Shown: positions 1-12,989 of the stretch, in pieces
Layout of the letters: each line of letters begins with the position of its first letter
Position numbering within the stretch: the stretch's first letter is position 1
NCBI GenBank assembly: GCA_964016885.1
Contig: OZ024742.1
Location: forward strand, 273,978,001-274,042,000
Direction of reading: 5' to 3'
From: Eledone cirrhosa
Taxonomy: Eukaryota
DNA: 64,000 nt
Translations under genes and position numbers: made by a program
The notes under the pieces: generated by a model
The model's database searches: none
What the model saw: the letters and a program-made list of their open reading frames with translations, nothing else
Told to the model about the DNA's origin: nothing

Positions 1-203
1 ATTGCAAACCATGTCAATCTTCTTTCCTGATTTATTATTACTCCAAGTGTTTACAACATAGGAATTACAGCATACCCGCAACATCACTATGAATACGCCT
101 TGTTGAGTCAAACCAAGCCTAACGTTGATATCATCCACTACCCGGAATACCATAACTGGACTACACCTAAGGGGACTGGATATAACTATTATTCGTTACC
201 CCG

Positions 204-239
<36 letters not shown>

Positions 240-371
240 CATATATATATATATATACAGTATTTTCCGTAGTGTTGTAATATAAATATTACACACAGTA
301 GATGGACAGCTCACGTAGAGTTTGCTCGACGGTTCCAGTTGTAGTTCCAAAAGTAATCCGGAGAAAAATAG

Positions 372-664
372 AAGGATTTAAATGGATACAGTTTAGTTAA
401 AAGGAATTTATTGACATGTGATTCAATAACAGTTACATAACCTGAAAACAGCTGCTATCTACAAAGTATTAGTTATGCAGACATTCAATATTTCAATGTT
501 ATTATCAACTGTCATTTCATCAGAATGACAGTTGATAATAACATTGAAATATTGAATGTCTGCATAACTAATACTTTGTAGATACCAGCTGTTTTCAGGT
601 TTTGTAACTGTTATTGAAACACGTGTCAATAAATTCCTTTTAACTAAACTGTATCCATTTAAAT

Positions 665-668
<4 letters not shown>
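372..668. repeat. ~145-bp-arm near-perfect palindrome (inverted PLE pseudo-LTR fragment)
   Basis: aaggatttaaatggatacag... (372) is the reverse complement of ...ctgtatccatttaaatcctt (668); 7-nt centre tcatcag (517-523); abuts (TA)n. Confidence 0.9.
410..526 (-). ncRNA. Disrupted hammerhead ribozyme, long stem II
   Basis: Minus strand: att-CTGATGA-aatgacagttg...taactgttatt-GAAT-cacatg-TC-aat; the other palindrome arm keeps GAAAcacgtgTC. Confidence 0.55.
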
Positions 669-715
<47 letters not shown>

Positions 716-725
716 CATATATATA

Positions 726-1893
726 AGAGGAAAAGGAAGAGGAAATGGCTAGACCATTTTAGGACCCTACTAGGAGAGCCACCCTCCACAGCCCAGAGCA
801 CTGGGGAGATCAGGCGGCTGTTTGAGGAACTGGATGTTGAGACAGAGCCCTTCACCAGAGAGGAGCTTCAGAGAGCCAAGAAGAGGATCAAGGAGGGCAA
901 GGCTCATGGAGAAGATGGAGTGGCATCAGAGGTGATGAAGAGGTGTGATTTTGATGATATCTCCTGGGGTTCTGTAACGGGGCACTGGAGCAAGGAGTTG
1001 CCCCGAATCAGTGGAGGATAAGTAACATCGTCCCAGTGCCAAAGAAGGGAGATCTCTCTAACACCAACAACTACCGGGGGATCTCACTGACGTCACTTGT
1101 GGCAAAGACCCTCAACAGGATGATTCTTAACAGGATCCAGCCTGAGATGGAGAAGAAGCTCAGGGACAACCAGAACGGCTTCAGAAGAGTAGATCAACCA
1201 CCAGTCACATCCTGATGCTGAGAAGGATATTAGAGGGAGCTAGAGCAAAGTGCCTTCCTGCGGTCATGGTTTTTATTGACTTTAGGAAGGCCTTTGATTC
1301 TGTGGACCGTTACTGCCTGATGAAGATCTTACAGGCTTATGGAATCCCCAAGAAGATAGTGGACCTGATATCACTGCTCTACACCAACACCAAAGCCCAA
1401 GTCATTACACCTGATGGGATGACAGAGTTCTTTGAGATACTGGCTGGAGTGTTCCAGGGAGATACATTGGTTCCCTACCATTTTATCATCGTAGTGGACT
1501 ATTGTATGCGCCTTGCACTGGAGAAACACCAGGACTCTGGATAGGTGCTACACGAGAACGCTGAGGATGGCTCTGAACATTAATCAGTATACACTGAGGA
1601 TGAAAAACTCAGAGCTGTATGGGAGCATCCCAAATATCAGCTCAAAAGTGACACAGAGGACACTGAGGTTAGCTTGACATGCTCACCGACATCCAGAGTT
1701 GACATTGCACTCAGTGCTCCTTTGGGAGCCCCTACATGGACACACTGGAAGTGGAAGACCAAGGTTGACGTATGTTGATGCCCTAAGGTCAGACACTGGT
1801 CTGTTGGAGACGCAGGACATGGCAGCGATAATGAGGGACAGAGAGCGCTGGAGAGAACTCGTCCATGGAGCTCGGGAATTTTACCCGCCTTAG
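726..1893 (+). mobile_element. 5'-truncated, internally deleted RTE/RTE-X-like LINE (RT pseudogene)
   Basis: YRGISLTSLVAKTLNRMILNRI, NQNGFR, FIDFRKAFDSV, GVFQGDTL; C-terminal GRPRLTYVDAL; frameshifts; (TA)n on both sides. Confidence 0.85.
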
Positions 1894-2029
1894 ATATATA
1901 TATATACATATATCTATATATATTTAGATATATGTATATATATATATATATATAAAGGAACGATCGACTTTCGTCAAATCGGACCAAGGGAACAATGTTT
2001 CCGTTGGTCTTTCCAATTGCTAATACTAT

Positions 2030-2167
2030 CTATCGGTCGCAACTCCAGGTAGAAGGAGCAACGTGAAATAAAGTGTCTTGCTCAAGGACATAACGCATCA
2101 CCTGGTCCAGGAATCGAAGTCACAACCTTACGATTGCGAATCCAATACTCTAACCACTCAGCCACAC

Positions 2168-2168
<1 letters not shown>
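2030..2168 (-). mobile_element. tRNA-derived SINE (5' head and core)
   Basis: A box TGGCTGAGTGG, B-box-like TTCGATTCC, followed by tgtccttgagcaagacactt core. Confidence 0.8.
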
Positions 2169-2347
<179 letters not shown>

Positions 2348-2469
2348 CGTTTCTGAATTTGTTTAGCAAGATTCTTTTTCTGAAATCGTGTGTTGAAACC
2401 GATATTGTTATACTTTGGGAGGGTCATGTTGCCAATAAGAAACACACAGAAACAAAAAAAGGAATCCCC

Positions 2470-2514
2470 AGTCACTGAAGAGGTCACAGAGTGTGTGACG
2501 AAAGGACTATGACT
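2470..2514 (+). ncRNA. Minimal type I hammerhead ribozyme
   Basis: agtca-CTGAAGA-g-gtcac[agagtgt]gtgac-GAAA-ggac-TA-tgact. Confidence 0.7.
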
Positions 2515-2593
2515 ATATATAAACAACTATCTGGTTGTGGAACCAACCAACCAACCAGAAATTTATAAATTTATAAATTTGTAAATTTATAAA

Positions 2594-3824
2594 TCTATAT
2601 ATATAAAACTGAGGTTGTCTGTTTGTCTATCGATTTTTGGCACACATCTCCTCTTAGAATCTCTCACGGAATTGTACCGAAATTGCTATACTTGTACATT
2701 GAGCCCTAGCGAAGACATCGGAAAAAAAATATTTCAAATTGACCCGCCCTATCTGACGAAATCGAATATAATGTATCGATTTTTGAGCGTAAGTGATCAG
2801 TTATTTCCCTTTGTTCTGTTTACATTCAGCGTAGCGTCTTACGTTCTCTTTATATTTTCTGCGTGCAAAAATTAAAAAAATGATTTCCCTTTGTTCTATT
2901 TACATTCAGCGTAGCGTCTTACGTTCTGTTTACATTTTCTGCGTGCAAAGATTAAAAAAAATTACGCTGGCTAAATTAAAAAAATTACGCTGGCTTTCTC
3001 AGCGTTTAAAATGACATTAACACAATACACGAACAGTTGTCGAGCCAGCAAAATTTTGACCTGCAAAATTCATCAGTTCGAACACTAAGCTTCCGTTTTG
3101 CTTCATTTCCATTTAAAGGCCTTTTAAAACAATATTTTTACTTGAAAACAAGTCTATTTAAAGACTACGTAAAACAAGCAAATATTTCGTAAAAAAAAGC
3201 AAAAATTATATAAGTTTATTTAAAATATATGTATCTGTAAATTTAGGTGATATACGCGTGCAGACAGATAGTCGTGCAGAGAGGTGATATAGGCGTGCAG
3301 ACAGACAGTCGTGCAGAGAGGTGATATAGGCGTGCAGACAGACAGTCATGCAGAGAGGTGATATAGGCGATTATTTCCCTTTTATGGAATGAGCAGACGA
3401 TTAGCGAATGTGCAGACGATTAAGTAAATCTTTAGTAGAGTGAATTGGAATCTCCAGTTTGTTTAATAGCTTCATTTTCACTGTACTGCCTCTGTATGCT
3501 ACAACGCTTTAAAAGTTCGGCGAGTTCATTACTTCGTAAGTTATTGATATTTATTTTTTTATTACGACGGTTAGCAAACTTTTCCTATTAAACGTTTAAA
3601 TTAATTTTACGGTCTTATAAGGCTGAATTTACTTTAATTCGGGTTATCGTTATGTTTTCTTAACTTCATAAGGCATATTGTTGGTTGAGGGAATATTAAT
3701 CAAAAACACCACATGCAAGTCTGCACAGTAGACACTACAGTTTTTAAGCCAAAAAAGAAACTTAACATTGTAACTTTAACACAGCTACTGAGCGACCCCG
3801 AGCAACGCCGGGCTTTACTGCTAG
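2594..3824 (+). mobile_element. Non-autonomous Helitron
   Basis: 5' TCTATATATATAAAA; 3' hairpin cccgagcaacgccggg then CTAG; inserted between A and T with no TSD; empty site seen near 48972; internal 37-bp (3245-3370) and ~79-bp (2802-2962) repeats. Confidence 0.85.
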
Positions 3825-3959
3825 TATATAATAAATTGAAGTGAAAGCACTGGTGCGTGTGTTTCGTATTGGCAACATGACCCTACCAAAGTATAACAAT
3901 ATCGGTTTCAACACACGATTTCAGATAAAGAATCTTGCTAAACAAATTCAGAAACGATA

Positions 3960-4045
<86 letters not shown>

Positions 4046-4049
4046 TATG

Positions 4050-4208
<159 letters not shown>

Positions 4209-4413
4209 CAAAGGAAATGTGGTAAGGAACCTGTTGGACCATAACGCACCAGAGTACTCGATACTTAGGGTAGTAGAGTGGGAAATAGGAAAAAGTATGA
4301 ACCCGACGGGTGAGCTCAAGCCGTTTCGACTGCTATTTCCGGACAATATATATATTTATATATATATATATGAATTTGGCCGCAGTATCGCTAAAAAGCT
4401 TTCTCCGATATTG

Positions 4414-4471
<58 letters not shown>

Positions 4472-4535
4472 TATATATATGTTATACTTATATATATATA
4501 TATATTATATATGTATATATATATATTATCTATAA

Positions 4536-4594
<59 letters not shown>

Positions 4595-4623
4595 AAAGAA
4601 TAGAGGTGTAACACACAAGTTAT

Positions 4624-4984
4624 TATATATTGGTAAACGGAGTAGAAAATGCTGACAAATTTTTCACAGTTGAAAAATGGTTTAATTAGGAATAAAAGAG
4701 TATTAGTGATTGTATGGGTTAGTATTCAGTTGTGGTTTTAAGTTTTTAAGTTTTTACCGGTTGCGCATTTCTAAATGCTTTTCAAAAATAATTTTGAGAT
4801 AGAGTGTCCGTGCTGTTTGTTCTGATCTGATTAGTTTTGGGAATTCTATCTGTTTTTATGTTAAAAAAGTGGCTCCAATTTGCAAAAATTCTTGTGGTCA
4901 AAACAATTTTGATTGGTCGGTAGAGGTCATGTGAATAAAAAATTGGTTTTACGCCAAGATTGAGAAATGACTCTTTCACAACAA

Positions 4985-5036
<52 letters not shown>

Positions 5037-5102
5037 TAGTAGTAAGGTGTTCGATGTTGTGATAATGGTTAGCAGCGATGTGTGTCAAATGGCTTTTAAG
5101 AT

Positions 5103-5193
<91 letters not shown>

Positions 5194-5508
5194 GCAGAGT
5201 AATTCGTGGTGGCAGGGATGGTCAGTACGAATGTGTCTAAAAGCAATGGGGGGTATTTTAGCATGTCAAAAGATATTTTTCAGCTTTTGTCTTATACGGA
5301 GAAGTGCGTGTGTGTGTGTGTATATATAAGTCTCTTTGTATGTTGATGTACGCGTGTGTATGTGTGTGTGTATATATATATGTGTGTGTGTGTGTGTGGG
5401 TGGACCAGTATTTTTTTCCCTAACCCATACAATCACTAATACTCTTTTATTCCTAATTAAATCATTTTTCAACTGTGAACAATTTGTCAGCATTTTCTAT
5501 TCCGTTTA

Positions 5509-5518
<10 letters not shown>
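4624..5518. repeat. Element with ~98-bp inverted repeats enclosing (GT)n tracts
   Basis: 4624-4722 is the reverse complement of 5420-5518; bounded by (TA)n. Confidence 0.8.
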
Positions 5519-5567
<49 letters not shown>

Positions 5568-5929
5568 ATAATAATAAATTTGAAGACTAAAATCCAAAGA
5601 GGGCTCCATAAGGATAAATATATATCAAATATATAAGAACCGTAGAGCAAATATTTATTAAAATAACAGATTAAAGTTTAAGCAAAGAATCGCTGCTTTC
5701 ACCCTTAACGGGATCTTCTGAAACTAACAAAGTCAATCTGTAAACGCAGAAGTGTACATTTCAAAAACGTTGTAACCGGAGGAAGACAGGAAGTCGCTAC
5801 TTTGGTTCGTGGAAACGTTCCCTATGCAAATAAGTAATGGTATAAACAAAACAAATACTTAGCTACCACATCAAGACGTAAAATATCCACGTATAGATCG
5901 TACTATCCGTTAGGGTATAACGTGGGTCT

Positions 5930-6135
5930 GTAATACAGGAAAGTTTTGTGCAATTTATGTTTACAAGCCGAAATTGCCTCAGATTTTTTGTTTAAGATTT
6001 GGTCTGTGGAGTATTTCCAGGGCCTCAGCGGCGCAGAGGTCACACGGTCTTTTATTTCCGTTATATGATCTAGCCCTAGCTAGCATCTCCCAATGTAACT
6101 TATATTGGGTGTGGTTGTCTTTTAGACTCCAGATA
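5930..6135 (-). pseudogene. PLE GIY-YIG endonuclease C-terminal remnant
   Basis: IWSLKDNHTQYKLHWEMLARARSYNGNKRPCDLCAAEALEI...KSEAISACKH. Confidence 0.75.
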
Positions 6136-6312
6136 CAATATATACCCATTCTTTTCGTTACCCTCTAAGAAGGAATATGACGTCAATTTCAGCTTATATC
6201 TGGAGTCTAAATTTTAAAGGATTGTAAATAAAACGAGTAAATCAGACAAAGTTGGAATTCCTCTTATTAATATAATCTTCTATACACAATCATACACACC
6301 CGTGTATATTTA

Positions 6313-6404
<92 letters not shown>

Positions 6405-6613
6405 CATGTAAAGTTATATTTAAAATTGTTGGGTTACAACTAGTAAATATTTATAACTGATATAAAAGCACTCGACAAATACTTGGAGTATATTTACAAT
6501 ATTAAATAAATGGAAAACTATATTTATAAAACCATATTTATTTCATTATATATATTTCGGGGATATCATATTAACAATAATAAAATAAAAAATAAATAAT
6601 AAAATAAAATAAA

Positions 6614-6865
6614 AAATCTTCAACGGCACTATCAGGTGTACTCTGGCAACTTAAGCTAGATAACGTTAGATATTCGACGGCTTGGAATATAGTCTCAAGA
6701 GGGATTCCTTTTAATTCATCCTCTGAGACATGTGACCTCTGCGCAGAGGAGATATTCTTTATACTAAAATCTAAAAATTCCCTTAACCTACGGACAAATT
6801 TATTCAGTTGTTGCAAACATAGATTAAACTCAACGTTTAAATATAAATTTAAATTTAAAATGTAG
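6614..6865 (+). pseudogene. PLE GIY-YIG endonuclease C-terminal remnant (second family)
   Basis: Open frame KSSTALSGVLWQLKLDNVRYSTAWNIVSRGIPFNSSSETCDLCAEEIFFILKSKNSLNLRTNLFSCCKHRLN; absent from the ORF track because it has no start codon. Confidence 0.75.
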
Positions 6866-8029
6866 TATATTTAGTTTGATTTATATTTATATGAGAACTA
6901 GCCGATAAATCTTTTGATTCCTAAATCTTTGATTCCCTCTTTTTACTGTTTATTTTATTGTATTTATTTTTATTTTTATTTTTATTTTTATTTTTATTTT
7001 TATCTAAACATTCCTCATGAAAAATTAAGCTACCCTAAAAGCCGATGCTCCAAATTTTATGAATTAACCTTACACTTGATAAACTTATATATTAAATATA
7101 GGAACATATGTAGACATTATTGGACATCATAATCTTTTTTTTGCGATATTCCTTGCTAGATGTGATTTGATAGATAATTTTTGGCTTTGTCTTGTAGTGA
7201 ACTTGGCAATATATTGTCAATTAACCTTGAAGGGTTGTTCTTTGTGGTTTATTTTTTATTTTCATTTTTATTTTTATTTTTATTTTTATTTTTATTTTTA
7301 TTTTTATTCTTTTAGTATTGTAGTATTCTATAATATTTTTATATTTTTATTTTTTATTTTTTATTTTATTTTATTTTTATTTTTAATATTTTTATATGTA
7401 AATTTTTATTTTTTATTTTTAATTATTTTTTAATATTTTTAATATTTTTAATATTTTTATATGTAAAGTTTTAATACGTAATATTTTTAATACGTAGTAT
7501 TTTTAATATGCAATATTTTTATTATGTAATATTCTTTCGTAATATTCTTTTTTAGTTTTCTATTCTATATTTTTATATTTTTATATATTTTTACTTATTA
7601 TCATTATTATTGTTATCTCTGCTTATAATATAATATATATTTTCGATTAGTATATTGAAATCTGCTCTCTATTTCTGCTTGATAGATAATCTTGTAGAGT
7701 AATAGCAAGAATAATAATACGCTCAAATGTTTATACCACATTGAGAATGTTTTCCGGTAACTTTGAATTTGCGGAGTGAATCAGTTAGATTCACATAGAC
7801 ATATGAATTTTTTTAAAAAACTAAACATAAGATAATGAATTTTCACGCATTGTGAATACTTGTTTCATTCAGGAATACTGATATTTACAATATAGTGTAA
7901 GTTTTATAAATACTAATACATTAAAACATAGGGTTTTCTACGCCTCGAATATGTCTGGCTATTTTTAAATTTTTCTCTCTCTATATCTCTCTATATCTCT
8001 CTATATCTCCCTTACATTAATACTTGAGC

Positions 8030-8064
<35 letters not shown>

Positions 8065-8429
8065 ATGCATCATTGATACACTTACTCAAAATGACCTCCC
8101 ACTACCTAATTTTTCTATATCTATATTTATATATGTATCTATCTCTATTTCCTCTCTCTATATATATATATATATATCTCTTTCGGTCTCTTTACACGAA
8201 GCTCTTCGCTTTATCTATTTTTCCATCTCTCTATTTTGTCCCATGCATTTCTTCTTTTTCTTCTTTTTCTTTCTTTTCTTCGTTTCGTCTTTCTTTCTTT
8301 CTTATTTCCCTCTTTTCTCTCTCTCTTTCTTTCTCTCTGTATTTTCACTGCTAGAGTGAACCTCTTCAAATGAAGTTGATGTTTATTACGGTATGTCGAA
8401 TATATTTATCTATAAAACTGTTTATATTG

Positions 8430-8495
8430 TATTTTGTCTGATGAAGGCATAGCATATTGTTAATATGATATCCCCGAAATATATATAATGAAATA
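8430..8495 (+). ncRNA. Hammerhead ribozyme (PLE type)
   Basis: tattttgt-CTGATGA-stem II-GAAA-tatata-TA-atgaaata. Confidence 0.7.
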
Positions 8496-8537
8496 AATAT
8501 GGTTTTATAAATATAGTTTTCCATTTATTTAATATTG

Positions 8538-8570
<33 letters not shown>

Positions 8571-8602
8571 GACAGTCTGTATATATATATGTATATATAT
8601 AC

Positions 8603-8660
<58 letters not shown>

Positions 8661-8791
8661 GCAAAAGTTCTATTTAAAATTGTTGGGATACAACAAGTAA
8701 ATATTTTTATAACTGATATAAAGCACTCGACAAGTATTTGGAGTAGATATACGATATTAATAAATGGAAACTATATTTATAAAACTATATT

Positions 8792-8856
8792 TATTTCATT
8801 ATACATATTTCAAGGATACCAAATTAAATTATGGTATGCCTTCATCAGACAAAATA
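8792..8856 (-). ncRNA. Hammerhead ribozyme (PLE type)
   Basis: Minus: tattttgt-CTGATGA-aggcatacca...tggtatcctt-GAAA-tatgta-TA-atgaaata. Confidence 0.7.
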
Positions 8857-9458
8857 CAATATATAACAGTTTTACAAATAAGCTTTGACGTACCCTATTA
8901 AAATGCAACCATTGTTTTTGGAAGCCATCCGGATAGTGATTTGTTTATATTACTTTAATAAGTCATAGTGTTAAGGACAATCAGAAAAAGACGGAGAGAA
9001 AGAAAAAGACGGAGAGAAAGAAGGAAAAAACGTGGAGAAATATCGGAGAGAGAGAGATGCATGGAGAAAAGAAAGAGATAAGTAAAGACAGGAGGAAAGG
9101 AAGAAAGAAGAAAAAAGGAAGAAATAAGAAAAACAGAGGAAAGCAACAGAGAGATATTAAGTCAACAGACAGATAGAAAAACTCAAGAGAGAGAAATATT
9201 ATATAGAGAGAGAGGGAGATTATGAAAACTTTATGTCATGTCATATTAAGTTGGTTTAACAATTCATATGAAATGAATAATAAAAATATAAATATTAATA
9301 TTCATGCATGGGACATAAATATATATTATGAGAAATTAAACATTGTTTAATAATGACTATATGTTTAGTTTAAACCTTGAGATCAATATACCAAAATTTG
9401 GGTTTAATCTCCAAAATGTACACATTGCTAGAGGAGTCAGTATCTCAGGCAAAGACAC

Positions 9459-9489
<31 letters not shown>

Positions 9490-10181
9490 CACGCACGTCC
9501 TGAAAATAGAAATTATATTTACTCAAGTCAACAATATAGACATATAAAACGCAGACGATTTCTCTTAATCACTGCTATACATTCCTTGATTTATAAAAAG
9601 TTCACAGTATATATACATAAATATATACGATTAACATTCATGTCTTCATATATATGATTACCATTCATGCATTTAATATTTTGTTAAAAGTATGCATATC
9701 TGCAATCCAAACTGCGTGGTTGTGCAACATAACTCTTATCCACACATATACATACACACACACATATACATATACACCTATTTATGTATAAATAAATATC
9801 TGCGTGCGTCTTCACGCATCACTCATGTATACATACAGACATATATACAATCATAAAAAACCTATAACACTTTTATATGCATGTTAATATACACATAGAC
9901 ATTTGTATAGAGATAATCAAATATCAATATATTACTAAGGATTATACTTTGGAAATATAATTATACCAATATAAATTTAAAATACCAAAGGATTATATTT
10001 CTCCACGTTTTTTCATTCTTTCTCTCCGTCTTTTTCTTTCTCTCCGTCCTTTTCTAATTGTCCTTAACACTATGACTTATTAAAGTAATATAAACAAATC
10101 ACTATCCGGATTGCTTCCAAAAACAATGGTTGCATTTTAATAGGGTACGTCAAAGCTTATTTGTAAAACTGTTATATATTG

Positions 10182-10246
10182 TATTTTGTCTGATGAAGGC
10201 ATACCATAATTTAATTTGGTATCCCTGAAATATGTATAATGAAATA
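10182..10246 (+). ncRNA. Hammerhead ribozyme (PLE type)
   Basis: 8-bp stem I tattttgt/atgaaata, CTGATGA, stem II aggcatacca/tggtatccct, GAAA-tatgta-TA. Confidence 0.75.
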
Positions 10247-10311
10247 AATATGGTTTTATAAATATAGTTTCCATTTATTAATATCGTATGTGTATATATA
10301 TATATATATAT

Positions 10312-10850
10312 ATATGAAAGACGTAAAATAAGAAAATTATAAAAATTAACTGACTTACTAAAATTTCACTCCAACTAATTAGTTTCTGAAAGGGAATAAA
10401 CATAGTTTCCGAAGAAACGTACGGAGAAGCCTTTCGTCATCAGGGAAGTCTATTCTTAGCTAAGTTTCCAGGCAATGCGTGGACACAGGGAACTTATACA
10501 AAAATAATTCAGTGGATGGAAAAAAGCAAAGCGTGGACTAAGTTCCAAGTCATTGAAAAAATTACTGGCTACTGTGTCGGTGGCAAATTCAAAAGAATCA
10601 ATCACGTGACATCGAGGTTAATCAGTGAGGAGTGGTTTGTTAAGAAGACGGCAGCCGAACCATTACTATGAACTATAGTAGCGGTTTTGGCCAATGTTGG
10701 CTCAACAAAATAATTTGGAGATAATTATAAAGAATTAGTATATCTACTAACGGAAACTGTGTTTATTCCCTTTCAGAAACTAATTAGTTGGAGTGAAATT
10801 TTAGTAAGTAAGTTAATTTTTATAATTTTCTTATTTTACGTCTTTCATAT
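10312..10850. repeat. ~100-bp inverted repeat pair (pLTR-like)
   Basis: 10312-10411 is the reverse complement of 10751-10850. Confidence 0.85.
10369..10447 (-). ncRNA. Hammerhead ribozyme, extended stem II
   Basis: Minus: ttcc-CTGATGA-cgaaagg...cctttca-GAAA-ctaattag-TT-ggag; palindromic stem III. Confidence 0.65.
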
Positions 10851-10981
10851 TATTGTTCCGCATCCCCATGCATTGAACCACAAAGTTACTAAGACAAAAC
10901 CTATATATTTGCTGGCATAGATATGCATCTGTATATATATGTTAGTAGATATACTAATTCTTTATAATTATATATATATAT

Positions 10982-12040
10982 ATATAATAAGGGTTGACCG
11001 ACCCAGCATATTTATCAATGCCAGTACCGGTTGTACCTCAGCGCATTCAATGGGCAATGTAAGATACATTACCAGAGTATACATATAGTTATTTGCCTCA
11101 ACACAACACACGTAAAACGGGTGCCTATAAGGTTCCCGGACTCGAGTTACTGCAGCACTAATGCAGCAGTAATGTGTACTACACCACCTGTCTGCATATA
11201 TTATGCAACAATGCACAATCGGCTTATGTGGCTTCATCAGCGGGTATCGCCTAATCAATAAGTAATCGATCAACATAATCCAAACACCGGCTCGTGCCGG
11301 TCATAACTGTTTGTGGCAACCGACACAGTAAAGTGATTAACTGGCAACCGATAGAACTCTATCTCTAAACTAGCCACTGATTTACAAATTTTATGTGGGG
11401 ACGGAAAGCTAAAAAGAATCAATCTATTAGTTCCTGTCAGAAGCACTCAGCCAACGTGTTTCACACACAAATTATCAAGGGGTGAAAAGATGGCTATTAG
11501 AAATAGAAGTTCACATTGATATAAAATAGAATGGTAGCATTCGGTTCATGTCTCCAAGCCCCATGGCTAGAGGAAAGAAATGGTAACAATGGTAGTGCCA
11601 AGAAACTTTAACGGAGATTAAATGCGATCTTCCATTATATACCAATATAGTAGCGAGCTGAAATGTGTCAGCCACGTGCGTAGATATCAATTCTAATTCA
11701 CAACTTAAAAGAGTGAGACAAAATTTGTAGCAGGGAATGGAGTGCATATCAAAATAAAAACACAATAAAAAGTGAAAAATTGTTTACCTTACTCTCAATA
11801 TTCCGCTCGTTGGGAGATAATAATAATAAGGGTTGACGGACCCAGCATATTTATCAATGCCAGTACCGGTTGTACCTCGGCGCATTCAATGGGCAATGTA
11901 AGATACATTACCAGAGTATACACATAGTTATTTGCCTCAACACAACACACGTAAAACGGGTGCCTATAAGGTAACAATGGTAGTGCCAAGAACCTTTAAC
12001 GGACATTAAATGCGATCATCCATTATATACCAATATAGTA
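10982..12040. repeat. Rearranged direct repeats (~150 bp and ~70 bp)
   Basis: 10982-11132 recurs at 11822-11972; 11582-11652 recurs at 11970-12040. Confidence 0.85.
11135..11244 (-). ncRNA. Hammerhead-like motif with GUAA in place of GAAA
   Basis: Minus: cccg-CTGATGA-(83 nt)-GTAA-ctcgag-TC-cggg; stem II base degenerate. Confidence 0.5.
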
Positions 12041-12126
12041 TATATATGTATATATCTTTATTATTATTGATGAGTTAATTTGAATCTATAGATTTGCCGG
12101 TTACGCATATATTTATATTTTCTCTT

Positions 12127-12233
12127 AGTCTCTGAGGATATGATGGTGCTAACATATATATTAATTTGAGTGGCACTACTTTCAGTGTTTAGCAATTCTT
12201 AGACAACTCTATCAGTGAAACAATTGTTAGACT
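12127..12233 (+). ncRNA. Hammerhead ribozyme, long stem II
   Basis: agtct-CTGAGGA-tatgatgg...ctatcagt-GAAA-caattg-TT-agact. Confidence 0.7.
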
Positions 12234-12313
12234 GTAAATAAATCTTCTTTTTGTTACTGTTGACCATGTTATTCTCCACTTTTTCAATTTTATATATGTA
12301 CATATATATACAT

Positions 12314-12433
<120 letters not shown>

Positions 12434-12454
12434 CTGTATATGTATATATATATT

Positions 12455-12555
<101 letters not shown>

Positions 12556-12610
12556 GTATATATATACACACATATATATATACATATATATGTATATATA
12601 TGTATATATG

Positions 12611-12673
<63 letters not shown>

Positions 12674-12850
12674 ACAGACGTACAGTAGTATGTATATATA
12701 TACATACATGTACACATATATATATGCACGTATGGGTTTACCGAACATTTATTATAATGCTCGGTTTGTTTGTAAACCAACAAACAGCCCGAATTACGCC
12801 GTACAGTGTTTAGGCAACCACGTCACCTTTTTGTTCAAAGTAACACAGGA

Positions 12851-12893
12851 ACGATGTACTAATTTCAAGCTTATTAGCTATCGTCAGCATCGT
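12851..12893 (-). ncRNA. Minimal hammerhead ribozyme
   Basis: Minus: acgatg-CTGACGA-tagc[taataa]gctt-GAAA-ttag-TA-catcgt. Confidence 0.7.
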
Positions 12894-12989
12894 ATACCTT
12901 CCTGCCAGATGGTTGAACGTTTTTGAAATGTTTTTTTTTCATTTTCACTCCACATAAGTGAGTGGTCACTTTAGCCGATGCATAATAGA

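Larger units (their letters stand above)
8413..10289. mobile_element. Cluster of inverted PLE pseudo-LTRs
   Basis: 8749-9043 is inverted at 9995-10289; 8413-8540 is inverted at 8755-8878; partial copy at 6410-6580; resembles the pLTR at 35075-35284. Confidence 0.75.

Noticed and set aside
3245-3370. 37-bp repeats of CRISPR-like length
   Set aside because: Head-to-tail with no spacers, no cas genes, inside a Helitron in eukaryotic DNA
4625-4700. CTGACAA...GAAA hammerhead-like string in the inverted repeat
   Set aside because: No stem I pairing
5681-5730. Minus-strand CAGAAGA-hairpin-GAAA
   Set aside because: Core mutated; no stem I and no cleavage triplet
7000-7960. Possible PLE ORF remnants (NIPHEKL); similar weak DKG signal at 14000-14900
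   Set aside because: Too decayed and low-complexity to support a call
11535-11590. catgtctccaagccccatgg resembling twister L4
   Set aside because: P1, P2 and the pseudoknots cannot be formed
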